Notes under the pieces: model-generated | Seen by the model: the letters and a program-made list of their open reading frames with translations, nothing else | What the model was told of the DNA's origin: nothing | Databases searched by the model: none | Program-made: the position numbers and the translations under genes | In this document: positions 31,623 to 41,659 of the stretch, one piece after another | Numbering within the stretch: position 1 is the stretch's first letter | Layout of the letters: each line of letters opens with the position of its first letter | Origin: an uncultured Acidimicrobiales bacterium | Lineage (GTDB): Bacteria; Actinomycetota; Acidimicrobiia; Acidimicrobiales; UBA10347 | DNA length: 64,000 nucleotides | Assembly: GCA_943788915.1 (NCBI GenBank) | Contig: CALSSD010000006.1 | Span: 248,001-312,000, forward strand | Reading direction: 5' to 3'

Positions 31623-33693
31623 CCGACACGCTGCTTTCCGGAGAAGACCTGGCTGGTCAACCTGGTGGGCTACGGGCCCCGGTGCCATCGAAGCAGAGGT
31701 CGCCTCCCTCGGCGGCAGCCGGTTCTGGGGTCGTTTCCGCCGCAACCGGCTTGCACTCGCAGCCGGCGGATTTCTGGTGTTGCTGCTCTCACTTCTCGTG
31801 TTGGCCCCGTTCATCACTACGCACGATCCGGAACAGGCCACCCGCTTCCAAGATGGGCTCTTCCCACCTGGCAGTGACTATTGGTGGGGAACCGACGCCG
31901 TAGGACGTGACATCTACACCCGGGTGATCTATGGCACCCGGTTTGCCTTTACCGCTGGGGCCGTTGCTGTTGGGACCGCGCTGGCTATTGGGGTGCCGCT
32001 CGGGCTCGTGATCGGTTTCTTTCGAGGTTGGGTCGACCGCATCATTATGCGAGTCGTCGAAGCGATTGTTGCTGTTCCTGCGGTGGTGTTCGCCATCGCC
32101 ATCATCGCGGTTGTTGGCACCGGCTTAGTCCGGGCAATGTTCGCCATCGGGATCGTGTATTCCATGATCATTACTCGGCTGACACGGGCCGAAGTGTTCG
32201 CAGCCAGGGAAGAACTCTACGTCGATGGAGCGCGCGCCTCAGGGGCGTCGAACAGTCGCATCATGTTCCGACATATCTTGCCAAATATTGCACCAGCACT
32301 CATCGTGCAGACGACACTTTTGTTCGCCACGTCGGTGCTGGCCGAGGCGGCGCTGAGCTTCTTGGGCCTGGGTGCTGGGCCAAAACAGGCAAGCTGGGGC
32401 AGGCTGTTGCGCAGCGCCCAAGAATCGATCGACCAGTCGATCTGGCCTGCTTTTCCGCCGGGTATTGCGATCTTCGTGACCGTGGTTGCCTTTAACGTCT
32501 TCGGTGACGGCCTACGTGACGCGTTTGGTCGCGAAGCCCGCGGCGGTCGGGTTGGTGTCGGCGACGTAGAGCGTGCCGAACTGTCGGCGGGGTCAACCGC
32601 CGAGGTGGCTGGCGCTCGTGGAGGAAACCCAGGTGCAGGAAACCCCGACACCAATGCGCTGCTGTCAGTGCGCAATCTGTCGGTTCGTTTCCCTCGCCCC
32701 GGAACCACCGAGGACGTCGATGTGGTTCACGGTGTTGACTTCGATATTGGCAAGGGCGAAGTCCTGGCTCTGGTAGGCGAGTCGGGGTCTGGCAAGTCGA
32801 TCTCGGCGCTCTCGGTCCTCGGGCTCGTGCCTGACCCAGGCAAGGCCTCGGCGTCATCGATCATGCTCGATGGCAAAGAACTCGTCGACATGGACTTCAA
32901 CGAACTCCGAGGGATTCGTGGCAAAGAGATCGGCCTGATTTCACAGGAACCATCGGCTGCTCTCAACCCCGCGTACACCGTTGGCCGCCAGATCGCTGAA
33001 CCCCTTCGTTATCACTTGGGGATGTCCAAGAGCGAGGCTCGCAAACGTTCCATTGAGCTCATGACGCGGGTCGGTATCCCAGACCCCGAAGTACGCATTG
33101 ATAGTTACCCCCACCAATTCTCTGGTGGCATGGCACAGCGTGTGGTCATCGCCATGGCGCTTGCGTGTAACCCAAAACTACTCATTGCCGATGAACCCAC
33201 GACTGCTCTCGACGTAACGGTGCAAGGTCAGGTCCTGGATCTGATTGGTGACTTGGCGAAAGAACTCGGTGTTGGTGTGCTCCTCATCACCCACGACCTC
33301 GGCGTGGTTTCGGATCTCGCAGACAAGGCTGCGGTCATGTACGCCGGTGAGATCGTTGAGTCGGGCCGGCTAGTCGATGTGTTCCATCGCCCACAACACC
33401 CCTATACCGAGGGTCTGATCAGTGCCATTCCCCGCAACGAGGTACGCGAGGGTGAGCTTCCCACGATCGATGGTGTTGTCCCACCACCGTGGTTGTGGCC
33501 CGAAGGTTGTCACTTCGCCCCTCGCTGTCCCTACGCAACCGACGCGTGTCGCAACGGCGACGTGGCGTTGCGCCCGTCGGGTGCGTCACAAGCCCGGTGT
33601 GTGCGGGCCGACGAACTCGATCTTGTCGGTGTAGCTGGCGACCACGACTCAATTTCGTTGCCAATTATCGACACGGGGGCCAACCATGGCTGA
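31619..33693 (+). CDS. Fused ABC permease + ATPase (OppC-OppD-like), frameshifted near 31668
   Basis: ATG 31619 joins RFRRNRLA frame if one G is added to the GGG run; [25 protein letters not shown]-terminal Cys cluster. Confidence 0.85.
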
Positions 33694-34726
33694 TGCGCTG
33701 CTGAAGGTCGAGGACCTGACCATTACCTTCCCCGGCGGCAAGGGTGCATTGCCGTGGCAGCGGCAACCCGACGTGCGAGCGGTCCAGGGTGTGAGCCTCG
33801 AAATCGTTCCTGGAGAGACGTTAGGCCTCGTTGGCGAGTCCGGATCCGGCAAGACCACCATTGGCCGGGCCATCATGCGGTTCATCGAACCGGCCTCGGG
33901 TTCGATTCGACTTGCTGATTTCGAGGTGACCGAGTTCGGTCGCAAGACGCCTCGCGCCTATCGCCGAGCCGTTCAAGTGGTGTTCCAGGATCCCGTTGGT
34001 TCGCTGAACCCGTCGATGACCGTTGGTGACCTCATCGGCGAACCGCTGATGATCCATTTCGGTATGGACGACGCAGCCCAAGCCAAGCGAGCGGGCGACT
34101 TGTTAGAGCAGGTCGGACTTGAACGCCACCATCTCGAACGTTTTCCGTACGAGTTCTCGGGCGGCCAACGCCAGCGCATCGCGGTTGCACGGGCGCTTGC
34201 AACTGAACCCCAGCTCATGGTGCTGGATGAACCAGTGTCGGCCCTCGACGTGTCAACCCAGAGCCAGGTCATCAACCTGCTGGAACGTCTGCAAGCCGAG
34301 ACCGGAGCGGCATATCTCTTTATTGCGCATGACCTGGCTGTCGTCCGACATATCTCGGACCGCATCGCGGTGATGTATCACAGCCGGGTGGTGGAAAAGG
34401 GCAGCAGCGATCAGGTGTGTGATACACCTCGACACCCCTATACCGAGCTTCTCCTGGCAGCGATTCCAGACCCGGATCCTCTGGTACAGCCGGGCAAGAG
34501 CGCCCGTCGACGTGCCTTGTCGGTCGGCGGAGAACAAGGCGTGATTGGTGCAGCCCCCGAGGTCGGCTGCCCGTTCGCGAATCGCTGTCCGCACGTGATG
34601 GATATTTGCCTCGACGTGTTCCCGGATGCACTACCGATCGAGGGTGGCGGCGAAGTTCGCTGCCATCTCCACACATCGGGCCCGATGCTCAACGGTGCAC
34701 CACTGTCGGAGCTACCGAGTTCCTAG
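33686..34726 (+). CDS. ABC ATPase (OppF/DppF-like)
   Basis: GESGSGKT, FSGGQRQR, LDEPVSALD, GCPFANRC. Confidence 0.9.
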   Translation: MADALLKVEDLTITFPGGKGALPWQRQPDVRAVQGVSLEIVPGETLGLVGESGSGKTTIGRAIMRFIEPASGSIRLADFEVTEFGRKTPRAYRRAVQVVFQDPVGSLNPSMTVGDLIGEPLMIHFGMDDAAQAKRAGDLLEQVGLERHHLERFPYEFSGGQRQRIAVARALATEPQLMVLDEPVSALDVSTQSQVINLLERLQAETGAAYLFIAHDLAVVRHISDRIAVMYHSRVVEKGSSDQVCDTPRHPYTELLLAAIPDPDPLVQPGKSARRRALSVGGEQGVIGAAPEVGCPFANRCPHVMDICLDVFPDALPIEGGGEVRCHLHTSGPMLNGAPLSELPSS

Positions 34727-34728
34727 CT

Positions 34729-34810
34729 CGTGTTTTTCGATCGGGTTTCTCGGCCGTGTTTCTCGGCCGTGTTTCTCGACCGTGTTTCTCGACCGTGTTT
34801 CTCGACCGTG
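34729..34810. repeat. 13-bp tandem repeat x6
   Basis: Consensus CGTGTTTCTCG(A/G)C, six adjacent units between convergent genes. Confidence 0.9.
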
Positions 34811-34824
34811 CTTCGGTTCGGTGG

Positions 34825-35955
34825 CTAGGGACGAAGCCGGTATAACTCCACCGGTTGCTGAATACCACGCAAATCATGTGGTCCGAGTGGTTGGGTCTCA
34901 CAAACCTGGCCGGGAGGGTCACTGGCCCGCTCATGCGCTCGAAGAGCATCAACGACTCGCTGCGTAGCCACGATCGCGTCGGGGTACGCCTGGCCAACGA
35001 TCCTGGCAGCGGTGTTCACGACAGTCCCATAGAAATCGCCGCCGCTGCGAATTACCTGTCCATACGCCAGGCCAACCCGCATGCCGTCGAGCCCGGGGCT
35101 ATCACGTCCAATACCAACGAGCGCGGCAGCAACCCGCACCGCCGAAACCGGGTAAGGAGTGGCGAACATAACTTCGTCGCCGATGAGCTTGACGACCGTG
35201 CCTCCCTGATCGACCACGGCATCTTGCACTTCTCGCTCGAACTGCACCATCGCTGCCATAAACGCGGCAGCATCGACCTGCTCGGTGAATGCAGTGAAGC
35301 CGACAAGATCGGCGAAACCTATGGTGTGTTCCTGCAGAGTCGCGCTACGAGATGCGTCGACCATCCATGCCTGTTCGTCGGCGAGAACCGCAGCGAGATG
35401 GCGGCGGACGAGCGCTGCGGTGGCATCGAGAAATGCAGGCAGCGATGCGTCGATCAGGGCTGCATAGGCCTCGACAGCATCGGTCAGTCGGGCCGGCGTG
35501 GTGTCGATCGGTGGTTGAAAGTTAACTCGCAGAAGTTCAGTGGTCGCACGGGCGATGCGGGCGGTCGAGGAGCCAACGACCCGTACGACACTGAGCATCT
35601 CTTGTTCACCCACAAGATCGGCCAAGCTGGCAAAGAGCCGGGTGGCTTCAAGCTCCTCGGGCGTGAGGCCCAACCCGGAACCACCCTGGAGTCCCATGGC
35701 CAACCGGAGGCGTCGAGAAAATTCCTCGTCGATTCCGACATGATCTAACGCTTCGTCGGCGTCGATCCCGTGCAACGGGTTCGGACGGATGGACCGCTGC
35801 GAGAGAGCTTTGGCAAAGCCGAATTCTTCGAGTTCGTCGAGCGTCACGCCACGACTGAGCAAAACCCGGACAGAATCGACGAGATCATTGTCGTCCTGGG
35901 CGCGTTCATGATCGATACCGCGGGCGCGCAATCCTGCGGCGGTCAACTCAGACAT
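34825..35955 (-). CDS. Class III adenylate cyclase with N-terminal regulatory domain
   Basis: FADLVGFT, VKLIGD, DFYGTVVNTAAR; Lys/Asp pattern implies ATP; start set at ATG 35955. Confidence 0.85.
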   Translation of the reverse strand: MSELTAAGLRARGIDHERAQDDNDLVDSVRVLLSRGVTLDELEEFGFAKALSQRSIRPNPLHGIDADEALDHVGIDEEFSRRLRLAMGLQGGSGLGLTPEELEATRLFASLADLVGEQEMLSVVRVVGSSTARIARATTELLRVNFQPPIDTTPARLTDAVEAYAALIDASLPAFLDATAALVRRHLAAVLADEQAWMVDASRSATLQEHTIGFADLVGFTAFTEQVDAAAFMAAMVQFEREVQDAVVDQGGTVVKLIGDEVMFATPYPVSAVRVAAALVGIGRDSPGLDGMRVGLAYGQVIRSGGDFYGTVVNTAARIVGQAYPDAIVATQRVVDALRAHERASDPPGQVCETQPLGPHDLRGIQQPVELYRLRP

Positions 35956-36040
35956 CAGAACAGACGGTAGTAGCGAGATGTGACACCTCGGCGTCGGGCC
36001 ATTGAAATGGCCCAAGACGTTCTGAGCCGCGAAGACAGCC

Positions 36041-36511
36041 TCAGTTGGTGAGAGCCTCAGCCAAGGTGTTCCAGCCCAAGGTCGCGCACTTGATGCGCGC
36101 CGGAAACTTGGCGACACCCTTTAGTGCCGCAGAATCACCAAGATCATCGAGATCGACGTCCGCTAGTTCAGGGAGTACGCCGGAGTCGTCGTCTTCAAGC
36201 GAATCCTCATGGATCCCCATCATAGACTTGACCTTGACGATGAGTTCGTCGACTTGCTCCAGTGTCTTGCCCTTGATTGCCGCTGACATCATCGAAGCGG
36301 ACGCCTGGCTGATCGAACAACCCTGGCCACCAATCGCCACATCAATGATGACCCCGTCGTCAATTTGCACGTATACCTGGACCTCGTCGCCACAGAGCGG
36401 ATTAAACCCCTCGGCATGTTTCGCCGGCGGTGTTTCGAGTTCGCCGCTATTGCGAGGACTGCGATAGTGGTCGATGATGATTTCTTTATAGAGATCCTCG
36501 AGCCCTGCCAT
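36041..36511 (-). CDS. sufU: SufU (NifU-family) Fe-S assembly protein
   Basis: LYKEIIIDHY, NPLCGD, GCSISQAS, RIKCATL; SD AAGGAG. Confidence 0.9.
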   Translation of the reverse strand: MAGLEDLYKEIIIDHYRSPRNSGELETPPAKHAEGFNPLCGDEVQVYVQIDDGVIIDVAIGGQGCSISQASASMMSAAIKGKTLEQVDELIVKVKSMMGIHEDSLEDDDSGVLPELADVDLDDLGDSAALKGVAKFPARIKCATLGWNTLAEALTN

Positions 36512-36522
36512 AGGTCTCTCCT

Positions 36523-37779
36523 TTAGAACGAAAAGAGGTCGGACGCTTCGTCGAGTGCTTCGACAAGTCGGTCGACGTCGGATTGATCGTTGTAGATATA
36601 GAGCGAAGCTCGGGCGGTCGCACCAACACCGAGTTCCTTCATAAGCGGTTTTGCACAATGATGGCCAGCGCGAACGCTGACACCATGTTCATCGAGTACC
36701 TGGGAAAGGTCATGCGGGTGCACGTCTTTGTACGCAAACGAGAACACGCCGCCACGTTGAGCAGGTTCGGAGGGTCCATGGATAACCACGTCGTCGCCGT
36801 GGTGCTCCTTCATTGAACGCATGAAGTAGGCGCTGAGTTCGACTTCGTGGCGCCGGATGTTGTCCATCCCAATGGCCGTGAGATAATCAACGGCTGCACC
36901 CAATCCGATAATTTCTGCGATGGGTGGCGTGCCCGCTTCGAATTTGTAGGGCAGGTCTGCAGTGGTGAAACCCTCGGTCGTGACATTGGCGATCATCCCG
37001 CCACCACCAAGGAACGGTGGCATATCTTCGAGAATCTCCTTGCGGGCCCACAACACCCCAATCCCGGTTGGGCCACACATCTTGTGGCCGCTGAATGCAG
37101 CGAAGTCGATATCGAGCTCGGCGACATTGGTGGCGACATGGGGGACCAGTTGGCATGCATCGACGGCACACAATGCTCCTGCGGCATGAGCGGCGGCAGC
37201 GATACGTGCAACGGGGACCAAGGCACCGGTGACATTTCCCATTGCCGTAACCGATACGAGCTTGGCACCCTCGAGGAGTTCATCGAGATTGGACAAGTCA
37301 AGCAATCCGTCTGGACCAACTTGGAGCCACCGAAGTTCGATGCCTCGTTCGGCCGCCAACATGTGCCAAGGCACAATGTTCGCATGGTGTTCGAGGACAC
37401 TGAGCACCACTACATCGCCCCGCTGCAAGTTGGCGCGGCCCCATGAGGCAGCGATCAGGTTCAGCGCTTCGGTGGCGTTTTTGGTGAAGATGACTTCGTC
37501 GGCGCTGCGAGCTCCGATCAGGCGTGCGACTTTTTTGCGGGCGCCTTCCATGGCTCGGGATGCCTTGTCGCTCAGGAAGTACGCACCGCGATGCACGTTG
37601 GCATTGGTGTTTTCGTAGAAGTCGCGCATTGCGTCGAGTACCTGGGTCGGTTTCTGCGATGTGCTCGCCGAATCGAGGTACACGAGTTCCCTGCCGTTGA
37701 TTGGCCTGTTCAGGATCGGGAAGTCAGCCTTGATTTCGGCTATATCGATGGTGTGAGCCTCGACGGGTGTGTTGTTCAC
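36523..37779 (-). CDS. sufS: Cysteine desulfurase SufS
   Basis: YLDSASTSQKP, SGHKMCGP, RAGHHCA. Confidence 0.95.
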   Translation of the reverse strand: MNNTPVEAHTIDIAEIKADFPILNRPINGRELVYLDSASTSQKPTQVLDAMRDFYENTNANVHRGAYFLSDKASRAMEGARKKVARLIGARSADEVIFTKNATEALNLIAASWGRANLQRGDVVVLSVLEHHANIVPWHMLAAERGIELRWLQVGPDGLLDLSNLDELLEGAKLVSVTAMGNVTGALVPVARIAAAAHAAGALCAVDACQLVPHVATNVAELDIDFAAFSGHKMCGPTGIGVLWARKEILEDMPPFLGGGGMIANVTTEGFTTADLPYKFEAGTPPIAEIIGLGAAVDYLTAIGMDNIRRHEVELSAYFMRSMKEHHGDDVVIHGPSEPAQRGGVFSFAYKDVHPHDLSQVLDEHGVSVRAGHHCAKPLMKELGVGATARASLYIYNDQSDVDRLVEALDEASDLFSF

Positions 37780-38522
37780 CGGAAGGCCTCATACCCGTCG
37801 GATTCGAGTTGCTGGGCAAGCTCCATGCCTCCGCTGGCAACGATCTTGCCGTCGACCAGCACGTGCACATGGTCGGGTTGAAGGAGGTCGAGCAGACGGC
37901 GGTAGTGCGTGATCGCAAGCACACCCATCTCGGGGCGATCTTCCTTGACAGCTCGCACACCACTGGCCACGATTTTTAGTGCATCGACATCGAGTCCTGA
38001 GTCGGTTTCGTCGAGCACTGCAATGTCAGGTTCGAGCATGGCCATTTGCAGGATTTCGGCCCGTTTCTTCTCGCCGCCACTGAAACCCTCGTTCAAGAAT
38101 CGCTCGGCGAACTTGGCGTCCATTTCAAGCCGTTGCATCCAGCCCATGATCCGGCGGCGGGTATCGAGGACTGATTGATCTTCGCCCCGGCGGGCTGATA
38201 CTGCTTGCTGGAGGAAGTTGTTGACCGTGACGCCAGGGATCTCTTGTGGGTACTGGAACGCTAAGAACATGCCCTGTTTGGCACGAACGTCAGGTTCCCA
38301 GTCGGTGACGTCGTCGCCGTGGAGCAGGACCGACCCAGAGGTGACTTCGTACTCGGGGTTGCCCAAAAGTGCATTCGCCAACGTGGACTTGCCGGACCCG
38401 TTCGGGCCCATGATGGCGTGGACCTCGCCAGCGCCGACCGTCAGATCGATACCAGAAAGAATCTGCGTTTCGTCGGCGGAAACATGGAGATCGCGAACCT
38501 GGAAAAGTGGGGCGTCAGACAC
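37776..38522 (-). CDS. sufC: Fe-S assembly ATPase SufC
   Basis: GPNGSGKS, NEGFSGGEKKR, LDETDSGLD. Confidence 0.95.
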   Translation of the reverse strand: MSDAPLFQVRDLHVSADETQILSGIDLTVGAGEVHAIMGPNGSGKSTLANALLGNPEYEVTSGSVLLHGDDVTDWEPDVRAKQGMFLAFQYPQEIPGVTVNNFLQQAVSARRGEDQSVLDTRRRIMGWMQRLEMDAKFAERFLNEGFSGGEKKRAEILQMAMLEPDIAVLDETDSGLDVDALKIVASGVRAVKEDRPEMGVLAITHYRRLLDLLQPDHVHVLVDGKIVASGGMELAQQLESDGYEAFR

Positions 38523-38792
38523 CCCAACAGTCTACGAGGTGGAAGTCGTTTGTGGCCGTGCTGAGCGAGGCAAAGCCAACGTCCACACAGGTGGGGGCGA
38601 ACGACTCCTCCGTCGACGCATTCAGGAGCGTGACAAACGATCTCGCGATAGGGGACGGACAAGAGGCGCAACAATGGTGAACGCAGCCATCGAGGTGATC
38701 GATCGCGACGTTGGCGGAAAGATCACCCGGCGACTGTGTATGACGCTAAGTCTGGCGATAGCGAGCAGCGATCAGGTCCTTCCCTAGACACG

Positions 38793-38829
38793 ACGAAGCC
38801 CGCACCTGTGAGCGGTGCGGGCATCGTCT
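38793..38829 (-). terminator. GC-rich hairpin after acyl-CoA dehydrogenase
   Basis: GACGA-A-GCCCGCACC..GGTGCGGGC-A-TCGTC. Confidence 0.65.
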
Positions 38830-38876
38830 GTCGCCTCGAGTAGCAAAGGAGACTAGGGGTTCACGAGGGAACCAGA

Positions 38877-40220
38877 TTACTCAGGCATAGGGATGCGCTG
38901 GATTTGCAGTGGGTTGTCGTAGTCGACCATGCCCGTCTGCAGACCAGCAAGTGGCTGCGGCTGATAGCGAGCAACCTCGGCCCGGCCAACAACCATGTGA
39001 TGGACCTCGTCCGGACCGTCAGCCAATCGCAACGTGCGCTGTGAGTGGTAGAGCGACGGCAGGATGGTCCACTGCGAAACGCCGGTGGCGCCGTGCATCT
39101 GGATGGCCTGGTCAATGATGTTACAGACCTTCTCAGGAACCATGGCCTTGACGGCTGATACCCAAACACGGGCTTCACGGTTGCCGAGTACGTCCATAGC
39201 CCGGGCGGCCCGAAGAACCATCAAACGCATGGCTTCGATCTCGATACGCATGCGGCTGGCATGTTCGATGTTGGCACCGAGTTGGATGAGTGGTTTGCCG
39301 AATGCTGTCTTTGACAGACCACGCTCGCAGAACAACTGCAACGCTTTGTCAGCAGCGCCGATGGAACGCATGCAGTGATGGATGCGACCAGGGCCGAGGC
39401 GTAGCTGGCTGATCTCGAAGCCGCGACCCTCGCCGAGCAACATGTTGGCTGCGGGCACTCGGACATCGGTGAACTTGATGTGCATGTGGCCATGTGGTGC
39501 GTCGTCGTCGCCGAAGACGTGCATAGGACCCAAGACATCGACACCTGGTGTCTCGATGGGAACCAGGATCTGTGATTGCTGCAGATGTGGTGCAGCATCA
39601 GGATTGGTGCGAACCATGACGATCATGATCTTGCAGCGAGGATCACCAGCGCCAGATGCGTAGTACTTCTCGCCGTTGATGACCCATTCGTCGCCATCGA
39701 GGATGGCAGCGGTCTGCACGTTCTTGGCATCGGAGGATGCGTAGTGGGGTTCGGTCATGACGAAGGCAGAACGGATCTTGCCGTCGAGCAGCGGCTTGAG
39801 CCACATGTCCTTCTGTTCCTGGGTGCCAACGCGCTCCAGGACTTCCATGTTGCCGGTGTCCGGCGCAGCGCAGTTCAAGACTGCGGACGCAAGGCTGTTC
39901 TTGCCTAGTTCGTTGGCGATATAGGCATAGTCGAGGTTGCTGAGACCTTCGCCGGTTTCGGCATCGGGCAGAAAGAAGTTCCAGAGGCCTTGTTCACGGG
40001 CCTTAGCTTTGGCGCCGTCGAGCAGTTCAAGCTGGCCTGGCACCCAGCTCCAACGGTCTTCCCGACCTTCGCCCATTGCATGGAACTCGGCGGTGATCGG
40101 GTCAACTTCGGCGGCAATGAACTTGACAACTTTTTCAAGTAGCGGTCGAGCTTCGTCAGACATAGACAGGTCATACATCTGACCGCCGAAGTCATCGGTG
40201 TTCAGCGGATTAGCAGGCAT
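38877..40220 (-). CDS. Acyl-CoA dehydrogenase (ACAD10/11-like)
   Basis: NCAAPDTGNME, MTEP..ASSDA, RLGPGRIHHCMR, LRLADGPDEVH. Confidence 0.9.
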   Translation of the reverse strand: MPANPLNTDDFGGQMYDLSMSDEARPLLEKVVKFIAAEVDPITAEFHAMGEGREDRWSWVPGQLELLDGAKAKAREQGLWNFFLPDAETGEGLSNLDYAYIANELGKNSLASAVLNCAAPDTGNMEVLERVGTQEQKDMWLKPLLDGKIRSAFVMTEPHYASSDAKNVQTAAILDGDEWVINGEKYYASGAGDPRCKIMIVMVRTNPDAAPHLQQSQILVPIETPGVDVLGPMHVFGDDDAPHGHMHIKFTDVRVPAANMLLGEGRGFEISQLRLGPGRIHHCMRSIGAADKALQLFCERGLSKTAFGKPLIQLGANIEHASRMRIEIEAMRLMVLRAARAMDVLGNREARVWVSAVKAMVPEKVCNIIDQAIQMHGATGVSQWTILPSLYHSQRTLRLADGPDEVHHMVVGRAEVARYQPQPLAGLQTGMVDYDNPLQIQRIPMPE

Positions 40221-40262
40221 TCAAGTCTCCAAGGGGGTTTGCGAGTTGCGCTCTATCATCGC

Positions 40263-40306
40263 ACTCATCGCGGTCCCCGACGAAACTCATCGAGGTCCGC
40301 GACGAA
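40263..40306. repeat. 22-bp direct repeat x2
   Basis: ACTCATCGCGGTCCCCGACGAA / ACTCATCGAGGTCCGCGACGAA. Confidence 0.7.
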
Positions 40307-40351
40307 AACGGTGGATCAAACATCGGAGCCGCGGTCGCAGCCAGAGGCGTA

Positions 40352-40729
40352 TCAACGGCCGAGAAGGTCTTCTTTCCACGCCCGAAAGCGGGTGTGCACA
40401 GCACCGCTCGGACCTGTGCCGGTGTGCTCGCCCGAGGCCGTGAGCTCGAACAGGTGTGATCGATTGAGGTCCCTGCTGTCGATAGCAAGGTAGAGCGCTG
40501 GCCCACGCGCTGGACCAGCTCGCCATAACAACCAATAACCAATACGTCGTTTGTAAGCAGTCGCCTCGGCGCTGATGCCAAGCGGCTCTCCCAATCCGAG
40601 CAACTCTGAAGGAGCTTGAGTCCATGCGGTGGCGGCGATGTTGCGATCTCGGGTGGGTGTCAGTGGCAGGTCGCTCGTCCGTACGGGCGTGAAATCAAAG
40701 GGGCGGTCATCGGCTGCGACAGCACTCAT
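40352..40729 (-). CDS. Hypothetical protein (~125 aa)
   Basis: ATG 10 nt after the MBL stop; protein-like YKRRIGYWLLWRAGP..RFRAWKE. Confidence 0.65.
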   Translation of the reverse strand: MSAVAADDRPFDFTPVRTSDLPLTPTRDRNIAATAWTQAPSELLGLGEPLGISAEATAYKRRIGYWLLWRAGPARGPALYLAIDSRDLNRSHLFELTASGEHTGTGPSGAVHTRFRAWKEDLLGR

Positions 40730-40739
40730 CGAACGACTT

Positions 40740-41444
40740 CTACCAGCCACGATCGATCCACGTTTGCAACGACGGCCGTTCGGCTCCAATGGTTGTGTCG
40801 TCGCCGTGCCCCGGCATGACGATGGTGTCGGCCGAGAACGGCGAAAACATGAGTTCGTCGATCGTGGTGATGATCGTGTCGAAGTCGCCACCGAACTTTG
40901 TGTTGCCAGGGCCACCGGGAAACAAGGTGTCACCGGTGAACAAGACGGGGGAGTGGAGCAGCTCGAACGACACCGAACCATCGGTGTGGCCGGGTGTCTT
41001 GATGGAGCGCAGTCGAAGTTTGCCGATCTCGAAGATCTGTTCGTTCTCGATGAGCTGGTCATACGACGGCAACATGTGCGCGTCTTCGCTGGTGACATGC
41101 ACGTTGTACCCAGCGTTGCGCATCTCGGTGACTGCGCCGATGTGGTCGTGATGACCGTGTGTCTCGATCACGGTGCGCACCCCCAGGTTGCGGGACAGTT
41201 CGAGTAGACGGTCATGTTCGTTGGCTGCGTCAATAAGGACCGCATCGCCGGTGTCACGACACCGCACGATGAAGACATTGTTCTCGTAGTCGCCGACCAC
41301 GACCCGATGGATCTCCGTCTGGTGGTCCTTGTAATGCAGCGTGGGTCCGGCATCGGCGGCCGGGTTCACCCCAATGTGGGCTGCTCCGCAGTAGTGCTCG
41401 ACGGTTCCACTCAAGTTCGTGCTGTGTTCATGCGCATCGGTCAT
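40740..41444 (-). CDS. MBL-fold metallo-hydrolase (glyoxalase II-like)
   Basis: THGHHDH, TPGHT, FTGDTLF, PGHG. Confidence 0.9.
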   Translation of the reverse strand: MTDAHEHSTNLSGTVEHYCGAAHIGVNPAADAGPTLHYKDHQTEIHRVVVGDYENNVFIVRCRDTGDAVLIDAANEHDRLLELSRNLGVRTVIETHGHHDHIGAVTEMRNAGYNVHVTSEDAHMLPSYDQLIENEQIFEIGKLRLRSIKTPGHTDGSVSFELLHSPVLFTGDTLFPGGPGNTKFGGDFDTIITTIDELMFSPFSADTIVMPGHGDDTTIGAERPSLQTWIDRGW

Positions 41445-41659
41445 GTCGCGACTCTAGAACGTTGGGGCTTGCCGCAGGCGCGGATCTCGGGCAGGCGCCC
41501 TCGCGAGGCCCCCCAAATATGAGGCAGGTTGGTCCCGCATCAAATCAAAGTCCGACTCAGGTTGGGTTGAGGGTGTCCGAGCGACTAAAACTGTGTCACT
41601 CAATGCAATGAGACCAACCAGTGCGTTATCGCGCACAGACCACAAGAGGGTTACTACAC

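Noticed and set aside
34729..34810. CRISPR array
   Set aside because: 13-bp units are directly adjacent with no spacers, and there are no cas genes
40263..40306. Hammerhead ribozyme
   Set aside because: Minus strand has CGATGAG rather than the CTGATGA core and lacks the three stems
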